Of a stretch of 64,000 bases of DNA, positions 56,292 to 64,000 are shown piece by piece. The notes beneath the pieces were generated by a model. The model saw nothing but the letters and a program-made list of their open reading frames with translations. It ran no database searches and was not told the origin of the DNA. Every line of letters starts with the position of its first letter. The stretch's first letter is position 1. The stretch is from an uncultured Bacillales bacterium (GTDB taxonomy: Bacteria > Bacillota_I > Bacilli_A > RF39 > UBA660), in NCBI GenBank assembly GCA_947571655.1, contig CANOYR010000009.1, forward strand, positions 298 through 64,297, written 5' to 3'. The translations under genes were made by a program, and so were the position numbers.

Positions 56292-57162
56292 ATGACAGAT
56301 AATAAAATTATAAAAATAGGTACTTTTTTTAGTGGAATAGGAGCACCAGAAAAAGCACTAGAAAGATTAAAAAGAGAAAATTATATAGATGACTATAAAG
56401 TACAGTTCTTTTCAGAAATAGATAAAAATGCAATAAAAAGTTATTGTGCAATTCATAATGTTGATGAAAGTTTAAATTTAGGTAGCATAACAGATATTAA
56501 AGGAAATAATTTACCATATTGTGATTTGTGGGTAGGTGGTTTCCCATGTCAAGATATTTCTTGTGCTGGTAAAATGCGTGGTTTTAATTTTGAAAGTTCA
56601 ACAAGATCATCACCTGGTTGGGAGATGATTAGATTACTTAGAGAAGTAAAGAACAAACCAAAATACGTTATATTTGAAAATGTAGCCATGATTACAAGTA
56701 AGAAATTTAAAGATACATTAAATCTATTTAAAGAAGATTTAATGAGTTTAGGATATACATTATATGATGATTTGTTATGTGCTACTGATTATGAAACACC
56801 TCAAAACTAGAACGAGGTATTTTTTAGTTGCAATATTAGATAACAATAAAGAATTTAGATTTCCAGAAAAAATAGAAAGTGATGTAATATTAAAAAATTT
56901 ACTTGAAGAATTTGTTAATGGGAAATATTACCTAACTAATTCAAATTATGTAGAAAAAGATAATAAAAGGATATTTAAACATAAGAATAGAAATGACATA
57001 GAGTATGAAGTTGATATGGATAAATATTTTACTGGTAGTGTATGTGGAATAGATAAACACACTAAATTTGCAATATCTTCAAGATTATTTTCTATCTATG
57101 GTAATTCTCCAACCTTAACAGCAAGTAATACAGCAGATAATAGCAAAATCGTTATAGTGTGA
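56292..57162 (+). pseudogene. DNA (cytosine-5)-methyltransferase, frameshifted and 3'-truncated
   Basis: Motif I is FFSGIGAPE, motif IV is GGFPCQDIS and motif VI is IFENV. Motif VIII P-Q-N-R-T-R-Y-F is broken by an extra T at 56808 that creates TAG. Shifting to the adjacent reading frame at 56809 restores RTRYFLVAIL. The ORF ends at 57160-57162 after SPTLTA, with no motif IX or X. Confidence 0.8.
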
Positions 57163-57216
57163 TTCCTGGAATTTTATACTTTACAAAATCTATTTTGTAT
57201 ATGACTTTGGGTTCAC

Positions 57217-58152
57217 TTGCGATTCAAAAAAAAGACTTTAGATAAATTGATATTGCTCATCAGCTATTTTGAAAGTATGATTGTTGCAACAGACCAAACT
57301 CTAGAACATCTATTAAATCTAAATAATTATAAAGTTCGAATGCAGAGAATACGTACAATTTTAGATTATTCGCCAACGAAAGAAATTGATTTCGGAGATA
57401 TTGATAATGACTATATTTCAGGATTAATTGAATTTAAAAAGGTAAACTATCAGGTAAAGGGAGAAAAAATCCTAGATAATGTGAGTTTTAAAGTCTATCC
57501 AAATGAAATCAATGCGATTGTCGGACATTCTGGTAGTGGAAAATCTACAATCATTCATCTTTTATATCGATTTCATAAAATTACTTCTGGTAGTATTTTA
57601 ATTGATAATGTCAACATCTATGATTATACAAACTCAATCTATGCTTCCAACGTTTCGGGAGTTTATCAAAGACCATTTGTTTTTGAAATGAGCATTCGGG
57701 ATAATTTAAGTTTGGTAGATTCTAATTTTCTTCACCAAGTAGAGGTATGTAAAAGAGTTGGAATTCATGATTTTATTATGTCATTACCCAAGGGATACCA
57801 TACGGTGATTGGAGAGGAAGATCCTCATCTTTCTAATGGACAAAAGCAACTACTAGCAATTGCTAGAGCATTATTATCAAATGCAGAAATTCTATTATTC
57901 GACGAAATTACTGAAAATATTGATTCTGAAACTACTAGTCGAATTCTTTCAGTCCTATTAGATTTAAAAACCAATCATACAATTTTAATGGTAACCCATA
58001 AACCAGAAATGATGGAAATTGCAGATCGTGTGATTGTTTTATCTGCTGGAAAAGTTTCTTGTAAAGGAAAAAATCAAGAAGTTTACCAAAAATCTTCATT
58101 GTATCGTGAATTAAGAAATCATTATTTTGTAAGTGCTAGTAAATCAGAGTAA
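57217..58152 (+). CDS. ABC exporter fragment: C-terminal end of a transmembrane domain plus an intact nucleotide-binding domain (5'-truncated, probable gene remnant)
   Basis: Walker A is GHSGSGKST, the signature is LSNGQKQ, Walker B is ILLFDE and the H-loop is VTHK. Only ~70 aa precede the NBD, whereas fused exporters have ~300-aa TMDs. The frame is closed by a TGA at 57202-57204. No permease gene is adjacent. Confidence 0.7.
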   Translation: MRFKKKTLDKLILLISYFESMIVATDQTLEHLLNLNNYKVRMQRIRTILDYSPTKEIDFGDIDNDYISGLIEFKKVNYQVKGEKILDNVSFKVYPNEINAIVGHSGSGKSTIIHLLYRFHKITSGSILIDNVNIYDYTNSIYASNVSGVYQRPFVFEMSIRDNLSLVDSNFLHQVEVCKRVGIHDFIMSLPKGYHTVIGEEDPHLSNGQKQLLAIARALLSNAEILLFDEITENIDSETTSRILSVLLDLKTNHTILMVTHKPEMMEIADRVIVLSAGKVSCKGKNQEVYQKSSLYRELRNHYFVSASKSE

Positions 58153-58159
58153 AAAATAC

Positions 58160-59470
58160 CTACAAATCTTTTATATTTCTCAAATTTTTAACCTCCTCTA
58201 ATTCACTCATCGTTACAAACTGAAATCCCTTTTCTTTTAGTTTAGGTATAATCTTTTTTAAAGCTTCTTTACTTCTTTCAAAAATATCATGCATTAAAAT
58301 AACATCTCCATCTTTGATATTGTCTGTAGCGCGTTCTACAATTCGATTGATATTATGAATTTTCCAATCTCTTGTATCTACTGTCCAAAGTGCAATTTCT
58401 AATTCTGTATTTTTTCGAATCCGATTGGTAATGGAACCATAAGTAGGACGTAAATATCGAGGGGTATAACCAGTTGTTTCCTTTAATATGTTTTGAGTCT
58501 TTTCAATTTGTTCTATTAATTGATTCGTAGAAAGCTGACTCATCCATTGATGATTATAAGAATGATTTCCTAATTCATTTCCATTTTGAATACTTCTTTT
58601 TAAAATTTCTTGATACGCTGTTACTTTGTTTCCTAAGATGAAAAAAGTAGCATTTACTTCATTTTCCTTTAAAATTTCTATAATTTCTTCCGTATATTGA
58701 CTAGGACCATCATCAAAAGTTAAGGCCACCACTGGCTTCTTTGGATCAATAATTTTTGATGGTGGAACGAAAGATTCCTGCTCGAATTCTTTTGTTTGAG
58801 AATTTCTTTTAAAAGAAAATAAGTTCATTTCTAAAGGAATTGGGATAATATCATAATAATCATCTTCAAAAAGAAAGGGATTAAAGTAGAAAATAACACC
58901 ATGTTCTGTAATTTGAAAGTTTTTAAAACTTTCAGTAAAAATTTCCTGAAAAGACTTCCTAGAAATGCAAGAAGGACATTCTTTTTTTAATTCTTCAAAC
59001 ACTTGATTTCGAATTGTTGAAAATTCTAAAGGAACCGAAGTAACTCCTTCCAAATCTACTTCTTTTTCTTTTTTAGGATTCCAGGTCCAACAATCAATCC
59101 GATAGTATGGATAAGAAAAAGAAGGACCAGTCATCGAAGTAATTAACGAAACATTCCAGATGTTGTCATCGATAATTTCAAACTGATAATCAATATTTAA
59201 TTCCTCTCGATCAATTAGAAATGAATGAGTAGTATCTTTAATTTGATCCTGAAAAAACTGTTCTTGTGCTTTAATTTGTTCTTCTAAAAGTTGATTGAGT
59301 TTCTTACTACTAGTAACTACAGAAGAGATGCTTTGTACATAGGAGGCAGTTTCCTTGATATTTGTTTCTACCTGATATATATTTTTTTCATTTTTCATAG
59401 AGAAAAGACCAATCAAAATTCCAATAACAAGAAGAAGTAAAGCGAATTGTATTTTCCATTTTTTTGACAT
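58160..59470 (-). CDS. Membrane-anchored polysaccharide deacetylase (CE4 NodB domain; PdaC-like architecture)
   Basis: It has an N-terminal TM helix and a ~230-aa extracellular N-domain. The CE4 motifs are VALTFDDGPS, HSYNH, LRPTYGS and LMHD. Confidence 0.85.
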   Translation of the reverse strand: MSKKWKIQFALLLLVIGILIGLFSMKNEKNIYQVETNIKETASYVQSISSVVTSSKKLNQLLEEQIKAQEQFFQDQIKDTTHSFLIDREELNIDYQFEIIDDNIWNVSLITSMTGPSFSYPYYRIDCWTWNPKKEKEVDLEGVTSVPLEFSTIRNQVFEELKKECPSCISRKSFQEIFTESFKNFQITEHGVIFYFNPFLFEDDYYDIIPIPLEMNLFSFKRNSQTKEFEQESFVPPSKIIDPKKPVVALTFDDGPSQYTEEIIEILKENEVNATFFILGNKVTAYQEILKRSIQNGNELGNHSYNHQWMSQLSTNQLIEQIEKTQNILKETTGYTPRYLRPTYGSITNRIRKNTELEIALWTVDTRDWKIHNINRIVERATDNIKDGDVILMHDIFERSKEALKKIIPKLKEKGFQFVTMSELEEVKNLRNIKDL

Positions 59471-59607
59471 AGAATTCCTCCTAATTCATTTTATGTAATT
59501 TTTGATTATTCTTTAATCTTTTTCTTCCTTTTTGACCCTTTTTAAAACTTATTTATTATGATATAATAAGACTAATTTGAAAAGAAAGAGGAATGGGGGA
59601 TAAGCCC

Positions 59608-61386
59608 ATGAGCGAGGAAACAAAAAAATATATTAAAGAAAAACTAAAATTAGTTCCAACAAAGCCTGGTAGCTATCAAATGAAAAATAAAGATGGCATT
59701 ATCATTTATGTTGGAAAAGCAAAAAATTTAAAAAATCGGTTAAAAAGTTATTTTACAGGGACCGTTTCTGGAAAAACAGCAATGTTAGTGAATGATATTA
59801 TAGACTTTGAATACATTGTAACCTCTACAGAGTTAGAATCTTTAATACTAGAAATTACTTTAATAAAAAAATATAATCCGAAATATAACATTTTATTAAA
59901 AGATGATAAAAGTTATCCTTATATTGAACTTACCAATGAGAAATATCCAAGACTAAGAATTGTTCGAAATATCAATCGAAAAAAACATAAAAGTAGGTTG
60001 TTTGGTCCTTATCCAAATGTAACCGCAGCTAGAAAGACAGTGGATATGCTTCATAGAATCTATCCTCTTAGAAAATGTGAAAATTTAAAGAAAGATGTAT
60101 GTCTTTATTATCATATTGAAGAATGCTTAGGGTATTGTAAAAAAGAAATAGATTCTTCCAAACTAGAATCTATGGTTTCAGAAATTACTTCCTTTTTAAA
60201 AGGAAACAGTACCTTTTTAGTAAAAAAATTAGAAAATGAAATGCAAAAAGCCAGTGAGGCACTAAATTTTGAAAAAGCATTGGAATTAAAAGAAATGCTT
60301 CATGACATCGAGATCACTCTTACAAAACAGAAAATTGATTTGAATAAAAACTATAACTTTGATGTATTTGGTTACTATCAAGATAATAATTATTTATCTG
60401 TAGTTACCTTTTACATTCGAGAAGGTCTATTATTTGGAAAACATCAAGATATTTTTACATCGATGGGAAATATTTCTGAGGAACTTCTTTCTTATATTAT
60501 TCATTTCTATGAAAAAAACAATCTATTGCCAAAAGAAATTATTTTGCCAGAGGTAATAGATAGTAACTTACTAGGACAATATTTACAAGTAAAAACCTCA
60601 ATCCCTCAACGTGGAGATATCAAAAAATTAGTAGAGCTTGCCAGTGATAACGCAAAGATTTTTCTAAATGAACGTTATGAGAACATTAAGAAGGATGAAA
60701 CAAATCGCTTAGAAGCGGAAAAAGAATTGAAAGAATTGTTAGGTCTTTCGAAATTAAAACGAATTGAAACATTTGATAATTCCCACCTGTTTGGCACCTT
60801 TTATGTTGCAGGAATGGTTGTGTTTGACCATTTTGAGCCTAATAAGAATGAATATCGAAAATTTAAAATACAAACAGATGTAAAAGATGATTTAAGTGCG
60901 ATGAAAGAAGTCATTTATCGAAGATATTTTAAAGTATTGATGGAAGAAAATAAAGCTCCAGATTTAATTATTGTCGATGGAGGAGAATTACAAATTGCTG
61001 CTGCCAAGGAAATTCTAGATAACTTACATTTAGAAATTCCTCTTTGTGGGTTAAAGAAAAACGAGAAACATAAAACGAGTGTTTTAGTAAATTCTGATTT
61101 AAAGGAAATTCCAATCCATAAAGATAGTAATTTATTTATCTTTTTAAATAAGATTCAAGAAGAAGTCCATCGATATGCGATTACTTACCATAGGAATATG
61201 AAAAGCAAAGGATCTTTAGTATCCTTACTAGACATGGCTCCAGGAATTGGGGAAGTAAGAAGAAAGGAATTACTAAAGAAATTTGGCTCTTTAAAGAAAA
61301 TGAAAGAAGCATCTTTAAAAGAATTAGAAACCGTTTTAACCCATGAAGTAGCCTTAAAATTTATGGACTACTTAAAAGATTTATGA
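59608..61386 (+). CDS. uvrC: Excinuclease ABC subunit C
   Basis: It has the GIY-YIG domain (PGSYQMKN..IIYVGKAKNLKNRLKSYF), a UVR domain, the endonuclease domain (IETFDNSH) and a C-terminal (HhH)2. The start is the ATG at 59608 or at 59593. Confidence 0.95.
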   Translation: MSEETKKYIKEKLKLVPTKPGSYQMKNKDGIIIYVGKAKNLKNRLKSYFTGTVSGKTAMLVNDIIDFEYIVTSTELESLILEITLIKKYNPKYNILLKDDKSYPYIELTNEKYPRLRIVRNINRKKHKSRLFGPYPNVTAARKTVDMLHRIYPLRKCENLKKDVCLYYHIEECLGYCKKEIDSSKLESMVSEITSFLKGNSTFLVKKLENEMQKASEALNFEKALELKEMLHDIEITLTKQKIDLNKNYNFDVFGYYQDNNYLSVVTFYIREGLLFGKHQDIFTSMGNISEELLSYIIHFYEKNNLLPKEIILPEVIDSNLLGQYLQVKTSIPQRGDIKKLVELASDNAKIFLNERYENIKKDETNRLEAEKELKELLGLSKLKRIETFDNSHLFGTFYVAGMVVFDHFEPNKNEYRKFKIQTDVKDDLSAMKEVIYRRYFKVLMEENKAPDLIIVDGGELQIAAAKEILDNLHLEIPLCGLKKNEKHKTSVLVNSDLKEIPIHKDSNLFIFLNKIQEEVHRYAITYHRNMKSKGSLVSLLDMAPGIGEVRRKELLKKFGSLKKMKEASLKELETVLTHEVALKFMDYLKDL

Positions 61387-61413
61387 TTAAATAGTAAAAA
61401 GGAGGTTTTAATT

Positions 61414-61893
61414 ATGAAAAAAGACAAAAAGAACATAAAGCAAGCATTAACGATTAGTGGCGTAATATCCGTCTTTACAACGCTAGGAATTGGATCTCTA
61501 TGCTTTACTATGAGGAATAATGATCCCAATATTCCAAAAAGATCCTTTATTTATGAAGCGACAGAGGATGGAAACATAGATCCATTAGGAAAAGTCCCAT
61601 ACAATGAAGTAGCAAGTTGGTTTTTACTAGAAAAAGAATTAACGAATGGCAGTCAAGAACTATTTATTGCAGATAATGTTTTTGTAAGTGGAATTATAGA
61701 TGTTCAAAATGGAAAACCGATTGTGAGTAGTAGTGTTGATGAGTCAATTTTGAACACTGAAGATCTATGGCCTTATTTGATTACTTATGGTATGGTAAAA
61801 GAATATTACACACCAGATGATATCAACCAGTTACTATCACAAATTAAAGAGGATTATCCACATAAAGAATTGAAAAAAAGAATAGACAATTAA
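61414..61893 (+). CDS. Hypothetical membrane-anchored protein (159 aa)
   Basis: An AGGAGG RBS lies upstream. It has one N-terminal TM helix (ALTISGVISVFTTLGIGSLCF). I recognise no motif. Confidence 0.5.
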   Translation: MKKDKKNIKQALTISGVISVFTTLGIGSLCFTMRNNDPNIPKRSFIYEATEDGNIDPLGKVPYNEVASWFLLEKELTNGSQELFIADNVFVSGIIDVQNGKPIVSSSVDESILNTEDLWPYLITYGMVKEYYTPDDINQLLSQIKEDYPHKELKKRIDN

Positions 61894-61929
61894 AAATCAC
61901 GAATCATAAAATAAAAGTTGGAGAAGTAT

Positions 61930-63729
61930 ATGAGTAAAATAGAAATAATGGATGAAGTACTCGCAAATAAAATTGCAGCAGGAGAAGTCGTAGAGCGCTG
62001 TATGAATGTTGTAAAAGAACTCGTTGAAAATGCAATTGATGCAAGTAGTACAGAAATTCATGTTGATTTAATAGATTCTGGTATAAAAGAAATTAAAGTA
62101 ACAGATAATGGAATTGGAATGGACAAAGAGGACGCATGTCTTGCTTTTTCTAGACATGCAACAAGCAAATTAAAGAAAATTGATGATTTGTTTCATATTG
62201 ATAGTTTAGGGTTTCGTGGAGAAGCACTTCCTTCGATTGCAAGTGTTTCTGACGTTACATTAAAAACAAGTAATGGAGAAATCGGTACAGAAATTCATAT
62301 CTCAGGAGGAAAAATCCTATCAGTAGAAAATGGAGAACTACGACAGGGGACAAGTGTTTTAGTAAAAGACTTATTTTATAATACGCCTGTACGTTTAAAA
62401 TACTTAAAAAATCTATATACTGAGCTTTCCCATATTAGTGAATATATTCATAAAATGGCACTCTCATATCCAAATATTAAATTCGTACTTACCAATAATG
62501 AAAAAGTATTATTAAATACAGATGGAAGCAATCGTTTATTAAAAGTAATTCATGATATTTATGGTCTTTCGGTTACAAAAAAGATGATAGAAATTCATGA
62601 AGAAAACGAAGACTATGAAGTTTTTGGATATATTTCTTATCCAGAAATTGCCAAAAGTAACAAAAATAGAATAACCTTACTAGTCAATGGTCGCTACATT
62701 AAAAATAATGAAATCATTCGAATCATCGCAGATAGTTATCATACTTATCTACCACCTGATAAATATCCAATCGTAATTTTAAAAATAGAAGTCGATCCAA
62801 TTTTAATTGATGTCAATGTACATCCGACGAAGATGGATATTAAATTTTCCAAAATGGATACTTTGAAAAGTCTATTAAATGAAACAATCAAGAAGAAACT
62901 AGAGCACCTAACACTCATCCCAGATGCTTCATTAGAAACTACTGTAATAGGACAGGAAACAAAAATTAGTACCAATTATACTCCCAAAAGTTATGAAGAG
63001 TTTGATGCTAAGAAAAAAGAAGCAGAATTTCAAGAATTTGAAAAAATGACATTAGATTTTGAAAACAAAAAAACATACGAAGTCAGCGAAAACTCTACGG
63101 ATTTTGAGAAATCAACAGGGTTTGAAAAGCAGGAAAGAGAAGAAGTTCGTATCAAAAAAATGTATCCAGTAGGTCTTGTTCATGGAACTTATATAATCGC
63201 AGAAAATGAAGATGGAATGTATATAATTGATCAGCATGCTGCCAATGAAAGAATCAATTATGAATATTATTTAGAACAACTGAGTAATCCTAAAAAAATA
63301 CAAGTAGACTTATTAATACCAATTAGCTTAGAATTTCCAACAGAAGAATATGTAATCTTAAAGCAAAACTTTTACTTATTAGAAGATATGGGATTTATTC
63401 TTGAAGAATTTGGTTTTCAAACCATTGTAATTCGAACGATACCAATCTGGCTTCCAAAAGGAAATGAAGAACGTGCAATTCAAAAAATTATCGAAATTAT
63501 AATTGACAAAGAATCCTTTGACATGAAACGCTTTGTACATATGGTGGCAGCAACAGTTGCTTGTAAAGCTTCCATCAAGGCAAATGATCATATTGAGAAA
63601 AAGGATATGGAAGTACTATTAGAAAGGCTGAGTAACTGTCAAAACCCATTTACTTGCCCTCATGGAAGACCAACCATTATTACTTATTCAAAATATGACT
63701 TAGAGAAACTATTTAAACGTTCAATGTAA
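61930..63729 (+). CDS. mutL: DNA mismatch repair protein MutL
   Basis: It has the GHKL ATPase motifs (IAAGEVVER, VKELVENAIDA, DNGIGM, LGFRGEAL). The C-terminal endonuclease motifs are DQHAANERINYE and the CPHGRP zinc motif. A GGAGAAG RBS precedes the ATG at 61930 (the ORF opens at the TTG at 61918). Confidence 0.95.
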   Translation: MSKIEIMDEVLANKIAAGEVVERCMNVVKELVENAIDASSTEIHVDLIDSGIKEIKVTDNGIGMDKEDACLAFSRHATSKLKKIDDLFHIDSLGFRGEALPSIASVSDVTLKTSNGEIGTEIHISGGKILSVENGELRQGTSVLVKDLFYNTPVRLKYLKNLYTELSHISEYIHKMALSYPNIKFVLTNNEKVLLNTDGSNRLLKVIHDIYGLSVTKKMIEIHEENEDYEVFGYISYPEIAKSNKNRITLLVNGRYIKNNEIIRIIADSYHTYLPPDKYPIVILKIEVDPILIDVNVHPTKMDIKFSKMDTLKSLLNETIKKKLEHLTLIPDASLETTVIGQETKISTNYTPKSYEEFDAKKKEAEFQEFEKMTLDFENKKTYEVSENSTDFEKSTGFEKQEREEVRIKKMYPVGLVHGTYIIAENEDGMYIIDQHAANERINYEYYLEQLSNPKKIQVDLLIPISLEFPTEEYVILKQNFYLLEDMGFILEEFGFQTIVIRTIPIWLPKGNEERAIQKIIEIIIDKESFDMKRFVHMVAATVACKASIKANDHIEKKDMEVLLERLSNCQNPFTCPHGRPTIITYSKYDLEKLFKRSM

Positions 63730-63742
63730 GTAGGTGAGGTAG

Positions 63743-64000
63743 ATGAAAGAAATTCCAAATACAGAACTATTAAAACTTTTTTTTCGTAGTGTTAAAAAGG
63801 ACGAAGAAGAAAAGCTCTATAAAATGTATTTAGAAGGAACCATTTTTCCTGATTTTTTAGAGTTTCAAAAATTTTTATCAAATTATCAAAAGAAAAATAA
63901 TTTTTTTGCGAAAACATTAAAAAGATATCAATTGATTCCTAAAGAGGTAGATATCTTAGAAACAACTCTAAATAAAGAATATACAGTTTCTGAATATATT
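63743..64000 (+). CDS. Hypothetical protein, 5' part (runs off the window end)
   Basis: A GGTGAGG RBS precedes the ATG at 63743. The frame stays open to nt 64000 (MKEIPNTELLKLFFRSVKKDEEEKLYKMY...). It is absent from the ORF track because no stop is reached. Confidence 0.5.
   Translation, partial: MKEIPNTELLKLFFRSVKKDEEEKLYKMYLEGTIFPDFLEFQKFLSNYQKKNNFFAKTLKRYQLIPKEVDILETTLNKEYTVSEYI

Noticed and set aside
56292-58152. A functional restriction-modification or other defence system around the methyltransferase
   Set aside because: The methyltransferase is frameshifted and truncated. No endonuclease, specificity subunit, controller or other defence-type ORF is adjacent, and the neighbouring ORF is an ABC NBD fragment.

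Overview
This is low-GC (about 30% by eye) Firmicutes chromosomal DNA, and most genes lie on the + strand. Most of the window is core housekeeping with Bacillus-like synteny: rimM-trmD, rplS, lepB, ftsK, rsmE, a reduced dcw block (mraY-ftsW-murG-murB-divIB), ruvA/ruvB-queA-tgt, a spoVB-like gene, a comN-like gene, relA-dtd, uvrC and mutL. It also carries one tRNA-Arg(TCT) and a small sporulation/germination group (spoIIIAH-like, gerE, gerM-like, SleB-domain protein, sspI). Sporulation genes together with a DUF285 26-residue-repeat surface protein suggest an Erysipelotrichia-like lineage; this is inference only. I saw no rRNA, CRISPR array, transposase, integrase or complete defence system. Five parts look accessory or unusual. 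(1) A three-gene insertion splits trmD from rplS. It encodes a 605-aa protein with a type IV prepilin leader and a neighbouring paralog, and both carry an unplaced ~60-aa repeat module. (2) A ~1300-aa membrane-anchored protein fuses a degenerate vWA domain, an unknown region and a GH3 NagZ domain. (3) Undecaprenyl-phosphate genes cluster directly upstream of mraY: a GT-C-like protein, GtrB and GtrA, then a translationally coupled DUF368-UppP pair. (4) An unknown ORF sits tightly between ruvA and ruvB. (5) A decayed island holds a frameshifted, 3'-truncated C5 DNA methyltransferase next to a 5'-truncated ABC exporter. All family calls rest on motifs read from the translations. No searches were run.
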